Positions 18,977-28,784 of a stretch of 64,000 nt of DNA are shown piece after piece. Position 1 is the stretch's first letter. Every line of letters begins with the position of its first letter. The notes beneath the pieces were generated by a model. The model did not search any database. It saw only the letters and a program-made list of their open reading frames with translations, and was not told the DNA's origin. The DNA lies in the IMG/VR virus record IMGVR_UViG_3300033066_001722, positions 25,817 to 89,816 of that record. One strand, 5' to 3'. A program made the translations under genes and the position numbers. The stretch is from a virus. Its lineage: Duplodnaviria; Caudoviricetes.

Positions 18977-20226
18977 ATCTCCAGCTCTCCTGAAGTCCAG
19001 ATGAAGCGTGTACTGAGTTCACGATCTGTAGTCGGCCTACGACGCGCCTCATTGAGCTTCTGTTCGTTTGTGAGAGAAGCTCGAACGATGACCTCATCGC
19101 CATACTCTTTGACCTCATGGATCTTGAAGGCAGAGCCTCGAGGGAGTAAGAATTCATTCAGAGGATGCTTACCTCCGTTCGCAAAGAGTGCACCCTTTGT
19201 CCCCTTAGGGAGATCGAGCTCAACTCGAACAAGCTTCTTCTCACCTCGTAATTCATACTTCATGTAAGGTTTGAAATCGCCTCCCGGCAATGATGTTGAG
19301 ACGTAGCCATGATCCCGAAAGACCTTACCAGGACGTAGCTTGCTTAGCAGATCACTATCTGCCGCGAGATACCTCCTTACGGTCGTATCCTCCCTGAGAG
19401 GCGTCTTCATTGCCGAGTCTAGATGCTGTACAGCTCTTCGAATCTCGTCAAGATTGATATCCTTGCGAACCCCTGTCTCATCACTCGGGTGTACAACTAC
19501 ACCTGCACCATCTCGCAGAGCACGATTCATCCAGCTACTACCTGACCCCTGATAGTAGAGCTGAGCTGCCTTTTCATCTTTCGAAAGTGAATGCCAATGA
19601 CCCTTTGCATAGGCTTTGAATTCTCGCACCTCAGGTTTGGACCAGCTACGAAAACTCACAGCCATCTCCTCTGCGTCCTTAGCCTCCCAGACCTTACCTT
19701 CCTTGTGATACTGTTTCGCGAGCTCGTCAAATGCCTTGGCAGCCTTCAGATTAGCTGATTCAGTGGAGAGACGGTCTGCCTCTCGCAGTAGATATTGCGC
19801 ACGATCTTTCAGCTTCTTTGGCTCGGTACCTGCTGCACGATGCTGCATATCTGATTCGAAATTCTTCTCGCTGAAGCCTCGTGACTTGATCTCTCGCATC
19901 AGTATCTTCTGTACAGAAGTATCTGGTTTCGCCTGCCACTCTCGTAGCAGCTCTTCGTCTGAAGCAAGTGCGTACCTTACCTCCTCCAGAGGTATCTTCC
20001 TACCGTCTGAAGTGTACGCATGTGGTCCTTCGACCTTAGCGATCTTTACGAGATCTCCCTTCGTATCTTCAAATTCAGCTCCTACATACTTCGGTTCTGA
20101 TCCTTGAAGACTCTTCACCAACTTCTGTGGCCCTGCCTTGATCTCGCCGTCATCGCCGATGAGTACAGGTGTACCGTTCATCGTGACCCAGCCTTCAAGA
20201 AGGAGACTCTGTAGGTCTTTGATCAT
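18973..20226 (-). CDS. tagged ADP-ribosyltransferase (VIP2/Alt-like R-S-E clade)
   Basis: Start MIKDL at 20226 (ATGA overlap with tape measure stop). YYQGSG..MNRALR, VRRY (R), GYVSTS (STS), NEFLLPRGSAFKI (E). Carries the N-terminal EGWVT module. Confidence 0.85.
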   Translation of the reverse strand: MIKDLQSLLLEGWVTMNGTPVLIGDDGEIKAGPQKLVKSLQGSEPKYVGAEFEDTKGDLVKIAKVEGPHAYTSDGRKIPLEEVRYALASDEELLREWQAKPDTSVQKILMREIKSRGFSEKNFESDMQHRAAGTEPKKLKDRAQYLLREADRLSTESANLKAAKAFDELAKQYHKEGKVWEAKDAEEMAVSFRSWSKPEVREFKAYAKGHWHSLSKDEKAAQLYYQGSGSSWMNRALRDGAGVVVHPSDETGVRKDINLDEIRRAVQHLDSAMKTPLREDTTVRRYLAADSDLLSKLRPGKVFRDHGYVSTSLPGGDFKPYMKYELRGEKKLVRVELDLPKGTKGALFANGGKHPLNEFLLPRGSAFKIHEVKEYGDEVIVRASLTNEQKLNEARRRPTTDRELSTRFIWTSGELEI

Positions 20227-22496
20227 GGGATAGCGCCTCCTCCGCCACCTTCCTTGTGACGACGCTGCTGAACGTCGTCGAGAGCCTCTGCGAATGCTCC
20301 TGCTATCAGCTTCTCGTTCGGACGGTTGTTCGTCATATCTCGACGGAGTCCTCTGATCTCGTCGCGTAGATCTGTACTTCCACGCTCGACACCTGCAGGC
20401 CCACCTCCTGGTCCGGAAACTGCTGCTACAGCGCTCACGTTCGAGTTCGCAGCCAGTGCACCATCCGCTGTCGGATTGCCTGGAGTATAGCTGAATCCTT
20501 GCACACTCCCTACGTCTGCAGTCCACTTGATGGAGGCGATGTTCTGCCAAGCTCCCTGGACGATATCTTTCATCTTCGCTGGGTTCCACGTCTGAGCTAG
20601 CTGTGCCAGCGCGTCTATGACGTAGAAGACAGACTTTCCAATTCCGTCGATCACTCTCCACAGGGTAATGAAGACGTCGATGACAGAACGGAAGATCATC
20701 GCGATCACCTGTCCGGCTGACGACAGCCTCATGAAGCCCGGTGTGAGGTTTCCTGTGATCACGTAGGCTATCACATTCGATAGCTCCCCAAAGATCGAGA
20801 TCACCCAGCCTATGACCTGGAAGATGTCTCCCATGACGTTGAGTGCGAAGATGAAAGCGTCGACGAGGAAGTTGACGACGACGATCACGAAGTCGATCGA
20901 ACGCTTCGTTCCATCCATCTGGTTGGAGACGAGCCCGAAGGACTGTCCGACATCCACAAAGATCTGGAATAGACGTCCCCAGACCGTCAAGAATCCTTCC
21001 ATGACTGGTTGGAGCGCTCCTGCAACACGTCGCCACTGACCTAGGATGAAGCTCAACGCGCTCTTCACGTAGTCAACGATCGAGCCCAACCAGCCTCCGA
21101 CGTTGACGACCCACTCGAAGATGCCTGCATTCTGCAGAGCCTCTGCAGTCTCTTGGGAGAGCTCAGCTGTGCCATTGGACCAAGAGGTGATGACCTCCCA
21201 TAGCCCAACCACTGCATACCGGATCCGGTCGATCAAGGTCGCGAAGCCTCCCCAGTTCTCCATGTAGGCTCGATAGAACACGTACCCTACCGCCACTAAG
21301 GCCCCGATGATCGCCACGACAGTCGCGATTGCAGCAGCGCCTGCGAGTATGGCGGGAATGGCCAAAACGATCACCTTCAAGAACAGACCTACGGCGATTG
21401 CCGCAGAGAGCAGTGCTGCTCCAGCAGTGACGAGAGCAACGGCATAGGCTCCCCAGATCACAACCGTCTTGAAGATCTCTCGATGCTCGGTGATGAACCC
21501 AACGAGGAATCTTGCGACCTTCAGGCCCTGCTGAACGAAGAACGTGACCTGGACGCCGATCTCCTTGAAGACCTCACCGATGGCCTCGAAGAGGGGCTTG
21601 TTCCGCTTCACCTCGATGGCGAACTTGTAGACGTCACTCAACAGCGGGACCATAGCGTCCTGAAGTGGCTTGCCCATCTTGCCCAGGATGTCGTGCCCGA
21701 TGTCTTCGATGTTCTTCGAGAGCTCGTTGAAGGCCATGTCTGTGATGTTCGACATGCCACCGAACTTGTTCTGGACGAGCTGTGCGACGGTCTCAAACTT
21801 CTTCTGCATCCCATGAGCACTGGCGATCGCCTGCTTCTCCCAGGACTTGAGAGGTGCACGAGCGAAGAGTCGTCCGATTAGCTTCTCCAGACCCTTCGCG
21901 TTCTTCCCACCCATGCTGAAGGCGCGTGCCATCGTCTGCTGCATCGCGCCTAGAGACTGGCCGGTGAATGCTGAGAGGTCGTCGAGAGACTCCAGCGCTG
22001 TGATCGATTCTCCAGTGGCTGACTTGACCTTCGCAAGGGCGTCGACGCCCATCTTACCCATAGAGAGTACGAATCCAGCAGCCTCCTTGAAGGCGAATCC
22101 CGCGTTGTCTGCTGCCTCCTCAGTCTTCTCGAAGGTCTCGACGGCCTTGTCCTTGAAGACGATCTGCATCTGCTTCAGGGTATCGTCCATGTCCGCAGCA
22201 GCATGGACTGCGCGCATGACGAAGTCTTTCCCCTGGTTGAGTATACCCATCCCGAAGGCAACGACCTGATCAAGACTCTCCTTGGCATGCTCAATAACCG
22301 CAGAGAGTGTGTTGCCGGCTATGGCCTCGACACTCTCCTTGACCTGCTTGCCAGTGTCCTCCGCAGCGCCTGCGATGTTCGCGAGTGCATCCTTGAACTC
22401 GTCGAACTTCTGCTGCCAGTCTTCCATGACTGTCAGCCGGACACCTGCGTCGAATGCGCCTTGAGCTTCGTCTTCCACGGCTACAGATCCTTCCAC
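20223..22496 (-). CDS. tape measure protein
   Basis: 757 aa, helical and Ala-rich, with a central hydrophobic segment and periodic W/F residues. Located between tube/chaperone genes and baseplate genes. Confidence 0.85.
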   Translation of the reverse strand: MEGSVAVEDEAQGAFDAGVRLTVMEDWQQKFDEFKDALANIAGAAEDTGKQVKESVEAIAGNTLSAVIEHAKESLDQVVAFGMGILNQGKDFVMRAVHAAADMDDTLKQMQIVFKDKAVETFEKTEEAADNAGFAFKEAAGFVLSMGKMGVDALAKVKSATGESITALESLDDLSAFTGQSLGAMQQTMARAFSMGGKNAKGLEKLIGRLFARAPLKSWEKQAIASAHGMQKKFETVAQLVQNKFGGMSNITDMAFNELSKNIEDIGHDILGKMGKPLQDAMVPLLSDVYKFAIEVKRNKPLFEAIGEVFKEIGVQVTFFVQQGLKVARFLVGFITEHREIFKTVVIWGAYAVALVTAGAALLSAAIAVGLFLKVIVLAIPAILAGAAAIATVVAIIGALVAVGYVFYRAYMENWGGFATLIDRIRYAVVGLWEVITSWSNGTAELSQETAEALQNAGIFEWVVNVGGWLGSIVDYVKSALSFILGQWRRVAGALQPVMEGFLTVWGRLFQIFVDVGQSFGLVSNQMDGTKRSIDFVIVVVNFLVDAFIFALNVMGDIFQVIGWVISIFGELSNVIAYVITGNLTPGFMRLSSAGQVIAMIFRSVIDVFITLWRVIDGIGKSVFYVIDALAQLAQTWNPAKMKDIVQGAWQNIASIKWTADVGSVQGFSYTPGNPTADGALAANSNVSAVAAVSGPGGGPAGVERGSTDLRDEIRGLRRDMTNNRPNEKLIAGAFAEALDDVQQRRHKEGGGGGAIP

Positions 22497-23467
22497 ATAT
22501 AGGGTGCTTGATCTGCGTCACCCTCCTCGACTTGATAGCCGAGTTTGCGCCAGACTGCGGGACCGTCTTGTTCTGCGAGTAGCTGAATACGCTTCACACC
22601 TAGACTGCGCAGGAGATTCTCCTCGTGCATCGTCCAAGCACGTGCGAGTCCCTTACCTCGATGACCTTCTTTGGTTGTATACCAGTTCCGAGTTGCGGTC
22701 TGCCCGCTTATGGAGGTTGTACCCTCTGCGGCAATCTTGCCATCCCGAGCGAGGAGCTTGAACTCATATCCTGGCTTGCTGTCTCCTTCTTGGATCTGAG
22801 AGAATCTAATCTCTCCTAACTTATAACCTTGATGCTCGAAGGTGCTGAGCTGTCGGACGACTGCCTTCGGATCTGGACCTCTGTAATCGTTCGAGACTTC
22901 GACCTTCTCTTCCCGATTCGGTGTCCCCTTGAGAGGTCTTGTGTCTCCAGTCGCACGCAAGAGTCCTAGGTTGTACTGACGCTTGATCTCCTTCGCGATC
23001 TGCGATACCTCTCCATGGCGGAGAGGGATGCCCTGGAAGCCACCCGTCTGGTTCAGTCTCACTGAGGTCTTGTGGACGATACCGTCGACATTCGGGATAG
23101 GCTGACGCAGCCCGTTCCAGTCAATCGTCTGGTCGACGTCCTTCCAGACCTCTGCGAAGAGGTCCTTGTTACGCTGCTGAGCCTGATGAATGATGCGATC
23201 GGCATGGTCTAGGGTCGGCTTCTTCGGCATCACATGTGGATTGCCGTACTGGTCTGTCAGGATCCACTGCTTGCCCTCTTTGGTAAGCTCCGCACCGTTG
23301 GAGGAGACGTATCCACCGTCCTTCTGCTCCCACTTGTGAAGTGGCTGTAGATCCTGCTTCACACGTTCTGGTCCTGCCTTGATCTCTCCGTCGTCACCGA
23401 TGAGTACAGGCGTACCGTTCATCGTGACCCAGCCCTCAAGGAGTAACGTGTGGAGATCTTCGATCAT
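22481..23467 (-). CDS. tagged GNAT-family acetyltransferase
   Basis: C-terminal acetyl-CoA motif HRGKGLA...LGVKRIQLLAEQDGPAVWRKLGY. Carries the N-terminal EGWVT module. Confidence 0.8.
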   Translation of the reverse strand: MIEDLHTLLLEGWVTMNGTPVLIGDDGEIKAGPERVKQDLQPLHKWEQKDGGYVSSNGAELTKEGKQWILTDQYGNPHVMPKKPTLDHADRIIHQAQQRNKDLFAEVWKDVDQTIDWNGLRQPIPNVDGIVHKTSVRLNQTGGFQGIPLRHGEVSQIAKEIKRQYNLGLLRATGDTRPLKGTPNREEKVEVSNDYRGPDPKAVVRQLSTFEHQGYKLGEIRFSQIQEGDSKPGYEFKLLARDGKIAAEGTTSISGQTATRNWYTTKEGHRGKGLARAWTMHEENLLRSLGVKRIQLLAEQDGPAVWRKLGYQVEEGDADQAPYMWKDL

Positions 23468-23665
23468 CGCTTTTTCTTGGATTGATTCTGAGCCTTTTCC
23501 ATCCGGCTACGCATGTCCTCGATAACCCGGCTCCGAGATTCGAGGAATAAGCGTCTCTCTTGCAGAGATAAGTCTAGAATGTCGTGATCGGAGAGGTGGA
23601 AATCTCCGAACGAGAGCGCCATTCGTTGTTCGACTTGCTCTGCGAGAGATCCCGCAAGGGCCATG
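23464..23665 (-). CDS. tail/baseplate assembly protein (gp51-like small partner), start approximate
   Basis: SDHDILDLSLQERRLFL pattern right after a gp26-like gene. ATGA-coupled to the GNAT gene. Confidence 0.55.
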
Positions 23666-23687
23666 AAGGCCTGCTGCTTGATCAGCG

Positions 23688-24512
23688 CTACTCTGCGGGG
23701 TCCGGAATCCAAAAATCCGAGGAACCCATCTCGAATCTGGCTTGATACTGGTTGCGGCACTGCTTGCAGGTCATGTTGACGCGCGTATCGACGCCACAAC
23801 CGGCTTTGCCGATCTGCGTGCGCATGTGGAGTCGGTCACGGGTATGAGCCTTCTCCCAGAAGATGTCATGCCGACGCTTGCCACTGGGGCTCGTGTCTCC
23901 ATCGAGACATACGGTCGTCAGCTCCAGAAGCTTCGTGATCGCTCCTGGGTCGTTGTCTTGAACAAGGCGGATCGCATTGGCCTGATCTCGGACCTTCAAC
24001 AGCCGGAACTCAACGACGCGGCGCGACTCCGGCAGGGTCGTCTGTAGCAGCGACGGACTCTGCGTGAGGTGGTCTGCCGGGATGTCCGAGAGATCAAGGG
24101 CGAGCTCGTCTGTCAAGTCCTCCGGCATCGTGCGCTTGCCGTCGAAGAGATGGCAGTTGCACTCTGCATTCCCACAGCGCATGACTTGGATCGTCGCGCG
24201 TCGGAGGTCGATGGTATACTTCTTGGGTGCGCATCCCTTATGCGTCTGTTTGACCTCGTAGGATGGTCCGAGAGACGCCATCCGGATCAGATAGAGCAGG
24301 TGGACTTGCTCTCCGACATACATCTCTCCCTGAACTTCTGCGTCCGGTAGAGGATGGTCCTGCTCGTCTCGCACCAGCGCCTGGATCAGGCGACGATTGA
24401 TTGCCAAGTTCTCGATCGCGTTGTTCGTACCGTCCAAGAGCCAGCGCTCGTGGACTCCAGTCATCGACCCGATCAGGACACGACGACCTGTGTTTGTGAT
24501 AGCTGCAAGCAT
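23688..24512 (-). CDS. tail assembly chaperone / baseplate hub assembly protein (gp26-like)
   Basis: Strong AGGAGG RBS. LPESRRVVEFRLLKVRD, CxxC near the C-terminus, ends DFWIP. Confidence 0.75.
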   Translation of the reverse strand: MLAAITNTGRRVLIGSMTGVHERWLLDGTNNAIENLAINRRLIQALVRDEQDHPLPDAEVQGEMYVGEQVHLLYLIRMASLGPSYEVKQTHKGCAPKKYTIDLRRATIQVMRCGNAECNCHLFDGKRTMPEDLTDELALDLSDIPADHLTQSPSLLQTTLPESRRVVEFRLLKVRDQANAIRLVQDNDPGAITKLLELTTVCLDGDTSPSGKRRHDIFWEKAHTRDRLHMRTQIGKAGCGVDTRVNMTCKQCRNQYQARFEMGSSDFWIPDPAE

Positions 24513-24672
24513 GTAGTCCTCCTGTTGCGGTAGGACGCTACGGCTAGGCCGACGTTTCGTGGTTGGTTTGAGACTTCAACGCAGGGCTCGCCAGGATCGA
24601 CAGGAGCAAGCCTCTGACTTTGAGGGAAGGCACGGGCAAGGTGGAGGCGGTCAAGCTAGGCTGCTGTCGAGT

Positions 24673-25407
24673 CTAGCGTAGGCGGTATGTACGTGCGGCG
24701 TTCTTCTTGAGCCAGTCCTGGCCTTCGAGGTAGCGGTTGTGGTCAGAGACGCGTCCTCGCAACTCCTGCATCAACTCGTCGGAGCGTGCGCTGTGCCCGT
24801 TCTGACGAGTATGGTCTGCGAGTTGGTCGAGAGCCTCGACGCTCGCCTTGCGCGCCTTCTCGTGCGCCTTGTCCAGGTCTGGGCCAGTCTTCGCCTTCGC
24901 CGCTTCCTCGGAAGCTCGTCGCGCAACGTTCGCCTTCGCCTCGACATGATCCGGAACGGCTGACGTCTTGATGTCGACACTCGTATCGGGGACGTATCGA
25001 CCAGTTCGCTTACCGTCGATCAGCTCCGCAACGACAGGACGATGCTGGATTGCCGCAGGACCTGCGACGTCTCCAGCTGCAGCTGCTGCAGTTCCCTTGT
25101 ACTCCCGCGTCCAAGCAGCACGCTCTGCTCCTGTTGAGTTCGAGAGACGCTCGAGATGATCAGCAGCCTGATCGTGCGCCTTGGCTCGATACTGCTTGTC
25201 CTCCCGCTGCTGCGGGTCCTTCTCCTTGCGAGCGTCTGCTCGCAGGCGAGAGCCTTCATCTCTGTGACCTTGAGGAGTCATCTTCCGCAGAGCGGGAGGG
25301 CCCTTGACGACTTCACCGTTGTCATCCAGCTCGATGTGGGTACCGCTGGGTAGCGTGACCCACCCTTCCGTGAGCAACAGTGCTATGTCTGCGACGTGCC
25401 CAGCCAT
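24673..25407 (-). CDS. tagged internal virion protein of unknown function
   Basis: N-terminus LLLTE-GWVTLPSGTHIELDDNGEVVKGPP, followed by charged helical His/Ala-rich sequence. Confidence 0.75.
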   Translation of the reverse strand: MAGHVADIALLLTEGWVTLPSGTHIELDDNGEVVKGPPALRKMTPQGHRDEGSRLRADARKEKDPQQREDKQYRAKAHDQAADHLERLSNSTGAERAAWTREYKGTAAAAAGDVAGPAAIQHRPVVAELIDGKRTGRYVPDTSVDIKTSAVPDHVEAKANVARRASEEAAKAKTGPDLDKAHEKARKASVEALDQLADHTRQNGHSARSDELMQELRGRVSDHNRYLEGQDWLKKNAARTYRLR

Positions 25408-25409
25408 GA

Positions 25410-25886
25410 CTAGACTGTGACACGACGGTAGCGATCACAAGAGATCTCGACCGTCTCGATTGCAGCTTCGGCATCCTGCATGCTGGAGCGTTCGCCGTGT
25501 GAGTCCTTCACGGGGAAGCAGCCCTCGCACTCCCACTTGTCGATGATCTGATCGCTGTCACCCTTGTCGATGATCGTCAGACCACGCTTGTAGCGTGCGG
25601 CTCCGATACTCTGCCCCGTCTCCGGATCGCGGACCTGACGCATCCAGTCCCAGAAGAAGGTATCGCTCGAGTTCGCAGGCATCACCTTCTTCAGCGTGAT
25701 GTTGCCGAACTTCCAAGCGCCTGCAGTCTTCTGCTTCGTCGCACTGCCTGGAGGCGCGTGCTCGACTGTCCCGAGCTCAGAGTCTGGGATCGAGACAGAC
25801 TGGACGAGCGCAACGGGTAGACCTTCGCACTCGACGAGGAAACGAAATGTCTTCCGTGGATCAACTTCTTGAGCTTCGATGGCCAT
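25410..25886 (-). CDS. tail tube protein (T4 gp19-like)
   Basis: FRFLVE, KFGNITLKK, FFWDW and W...GCFP motifs; directly after the sheath gene. Confidence 0.92.
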   Translation of the reverse strand: MAIEAQEVDPRKTFRFLVECEGLPVALVQSVSIPDSELGTVEHAPPGSATKQKTAGAWKFGNITLKKVMPANSSDTFFWDWMRQVRDPETGQSIGAARYKRGLTIIDKGDSDQIIDKWECEGCFPVKDSHGERSSMQDAEAAIETVEISCDRYRRVTV

Positions 25887-25892
25887 AGGGAA

Positions 25893-28163
25893 TTACTCCT
25901 CTCCGACGCTGGCAGCAGAGCTTGTCACGATGAACCGAACCTTGAACTCTCGCGCAGGCCGGTATGGGCTGATATAGAGTTCCGCGTTGACCTCGCCACG
26001 TTCGATCGAGTCCGCCGTCTGCAAACGAGCTTGCTCCATCGAGGCTGCACCCTGGTCGATGTCGAACCGTGCACTCTCGATCCAGTCCTGACGCTTCAGC
26101 GTCGTCAGGAACTTGTCGACCTCACGTGCGACTGCACGCCAGAGGGCCGGACGGTTCGGCTCATAAATCTTCTTGCGGATCACGGTGATGATCCGCTGCT
26201 CCAGATAGATCAAGATGCGACGGACGGATGTCCACTGGAAGGCTGTCGTCCCGTCACGGCGCAGCGTGAAGGCATCGCCGAAGGTCACATAGCCGTCCTG
26301 GCGCAGGACTGTGTTGACATGGTTGTCGTCGGACAGCTGCTTGAGCTGCGCACGCTTTCCACTGGGGCCAAGGTCGTACGGGATGTCGTCGACGATCATA
26401 CGACCCTTCACGCCTGCGGGGCTGAAGTGCGGACCGTAGTCACGGACGTCGAGCTTGCCCTTGCCGGTGTCGCACAGGTTCAAGGAGACAGCCAGATCAC
26501 CAGCAGGGAAGATGAAGAGCGTGCCCTTCGTGATCGGATCCGTCACCTGGACCGTACCCGCATAGAGACATCCATACGAGGAGTCGAAGTTCGTCCCGCT
26601 GTGCGCAGCCTGTCCTCGCCGGTAGTCCTCGATGTCCTGAACGTCGGCTGCAGTCTGTAGCTCTCGGAACAGGTGGACCAGCATATCCTGCCGATCTTCG
26701 GCCCACGCCAGCAGTGAGGCTGCCGTCGCATTGGAGACCTCGTAGGGCAGGATCATATCCTGACATTCCGTACCCGAGATCTCGCCGAGGGCATGGACAC
26801 CTGTCCCTGCCGAAGAGTCGCCGACGATGTCAGCCTCGACGAAGCCTGCCAGACCGTCGTTGCCACCAGCCAAGGTGTAGGTCCCGAGGGCAGGACGCTT
26901 TTCAGCGAGCGTACTGCCCGTCGAGGCGAGGTCTGCCAAGGAGATATAGGCAGAGCCGTTTGTCAAGCTGTTGACGATCGTCAGTGCGTATCGTGCCGAG
27001 TTCGGATCCATACTGAGGTTGGACCAGCGCTCTGCACTTGCGATCCCACGCTGCGCAGGGACAACCAGCGTGAACTGGTCGGCTGCGTCTGTGTTGCTCG
27101 TGGTGACCTGCACGGTCCAGCCTGCCGAGTAGGTCCCTGCGTACTTACCAAGGACCTTCAGCGTCGGCGATGTGGCAGAGTTGGAACCGTGGGAGCGTCC
27201 ACCTGAACCCTCCGTGAAGCCAAGGGCGACAGCAACGGTCGAAGTGGCAAGCACACCCAGATAGGCAGATGCGCCGCTCGCTCCGGTATAGACGACGTCG
27301 AGCTTGCCGTCGATGTTCGACGGTGTCAAGGTCGCCTCACCTGCTGCTGTGATCCACGTCACAAGCTCGTCTGTCGAGACCTGTGCGAGATCCTTCGCGC
27401 TGCCATTGCCGGAGTTCGTCGTCGTCGGGAAGTTCAGGATCGCATTCGCCGTGCCACCAGTCACGATGACACGAGAATCTGTCCCGTAGAAGTCCGAGAC
27501 CAGGGTGACCTTGGAGCCTGCCGAAGACGGCACGGCGCTCCCGTAGAGCATCGTGTTGAGCTTCGCAGCCACCTCTTCTGCTGTCGGAGCTGCCGGATTG
27601 GCGAAGTCCCCGTTCACAAAGGAGATCGACTGCTCTGGGTAGTTCACCTTGCCGACCTTGAAGGTCAAGGTCGTGCCAGGCAGACCTGCGTAGTTCTCCG
27701 CGGACCCAGACTCGACGCTGGCCTGCGTGCCCGCCAGCGTCCGGTCTGGCCCGGACGTTCCATTCCGGTCGAAGATGAAGTGTCCGCCGATGACAGAGAC
27801 CAGGTTGAACGGCCCTGCCTGCGACGTCCGTAGCCGAGGATGCGTCGCACCTGCCTGTCGATCGCTGATGCTGATGTACGCCTGTGCCGCTGCGGTCGAC
27901 GAGGCGTCTGTCGGATCCGAGTAGTGCACCAGACGCACGATGACGAGGCGCGCACCGCCATCCAGCGCACGCTTGGCCTGCAACGGACCCGTCTCCGTTG
28001 CCAGCAGACCTCCGTAGACGCGCTGGAACTCGGGCCAGGAGTTGATCTTGGTCGCCTTGAGAGGCCCACGCTCCGTCTTCAACAGCATCGCATAGAAGCC
28101 GGCGATCTCTGTGTTCGGAGAAAACGTCGCGTCCGTCTCGGAAATGTATACACCGCTGGGCAT
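25893..28163 (-). CDS. tail sheath protein with inserted domain
   Basis: MPSGVYISE start, INSWPEFQRVYG, LAGGNDG, VRRILIYLE and YEPN C-terminal sheath domain. Confidence 0.95.
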   Translation of the reverse strand: MPSGVYISETDATFSPNTEIAGFYAMLLKTERGPLKATKINSWPEFQRVYGGLLATETGPLQAKRALDGGARLVIVRLVHYSDPTDASSTAAAQAYISISDRQAGATHPRLRTSQAGPFNLVSVIGGHFIFDRNGTSGPDRTLAGTQASVESGSAENYAGLPGTTLTFKVGKVNYPEQSISFVNGDFANPAAPTAEEVAAKLNTMLYGSAVPSSAGSKVTLVSDFYGTDSRVIVTGGTANAILNFPTTTNSGNGSAKDLAQVSTDELVTWITAAGEATLTPSNIDGKLDVVYTGASGASAYLGVLATSTVAVALGFTEGSGGRSHGSNSATSPTLKVLGKYAGTYSAGWTVQVTTSNTDAADQFTLVVPAQRGIASAERWSNLSMDPNSARYALTIVNSLTNGSAYISLADLASTGSTLAEKRPALGTYTLAGGNDGLAGFVEADIVGDSSAGTGVHALGEISGTECQDMILPYEVSNATAASLLAWAEDRQDMLVHLFRELQTAADVQDIEDYRRGQAAHSGTNFDSSYGCLYAGTVQVTDPITKGTLFIFPAGDLAVSLNLCDTGKGKLDVRDYGPHFSPAGVKGRMIVDDIPYDLGPSGKRAQLKQLSDDNHVNTVLRQDGYVTFGDAFTLRRDGTTAFQWTSVRRILIYLEQRIITVIRKKIYEPNRPALWRAVAREVDKFLTTLKRQDWIESARFDIDQGAASMEQARLQTADSIERGEVNAELYISPYRPAREFKVRFIVTSSAASVGEE

Positions 28164-28166
28164 GGT

Positions 28167-28784
28167 TCAGTCCTCGATCTCGATGTTCTCTGTATTCGCG
28201 TCTAAAGCGACAGTGATATGACCCTTCGTAAAGGTAGGCTGGTTCTCAACCTCTTCGCTCGTATGGAAGATCCAGGTGTAGACGCTCAGTCTCTGCGCGG
28301 AGTAGATGTCTCGGTCTCCTGGATTGAACTTCGGCTGGAGAGAAGCCTGCTGAGGGCTGATACGCGCTGGTATACGCCGTAGGACTCCATCTGCGAATAC
28401 GTCTACCTGAACGTCGACACGTCGCTGGAGCTGGTAGCGTTGGAAGTACCTCTCGAGAGCCCATACCAGATCTGTCATGAGCGGGAAGCTGAAGGCTACC
28501 TGGAGCGTCAGTACGACCGCCTCAGGGTAGCGCACGGAGAGTACCCGCAACTTGTCGTTCGAGAGATACTTCTCGAGTCTGAGATGCCGTCGCATCCTCT
28601 GAGGATCCCGTTTCACGTCGAGCAGACTCAGGATGACAAGAGACCTCTTCGGATCTGTGGCGTAGGAGGCGTACTTCTCTGTGCCAGCCCACACTGTATC
28701 GATCTGAGCGTGACTAGGTGCTGTCGTCCAGTTCTGCTCGAAGTCTTTCACAAGTATCGTACAGATCTCACCGACGGTCGACAT
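28167..28784 (-). CDS. tail terminator/completion protein (putative)
   Basis: Position between neck and sheath genes; 205 aa. Confidence 0.55.
   Translation of the reverse strand: MSTVGEICTILVKDFEQNWTTAPSHAQIDTVWAGTEKYASYATDPKRSLVILSLLDVKRDPQRMRRHLRLEKYLSNDKLRVLSVRYPEAVVLTLQVAFSFPLMTDLVWALERYFQRYQLQRRVDVQVDVFADGVLRRIPARISPQQASLQPKFNPGDRDIYSAQRLSVYTWIFHTSEEVENQPTFTKGHITVALDANTENIEIED

Noticed and set aside
20227-21036. N-terminal extension of the 687-aa ORF in the track
   Set aside because: It overlaps the tape measure gene out of frame. The real start is MIKDL at 20226, with an ATGA overlap and the shared tag.
20131-23467. Duplicated ~95-bp segments as mobile-element ends or att sites
   Set aside because: They encode the shared protein tag with synonymous differences. 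There is no transposase, integrase or target duplication.
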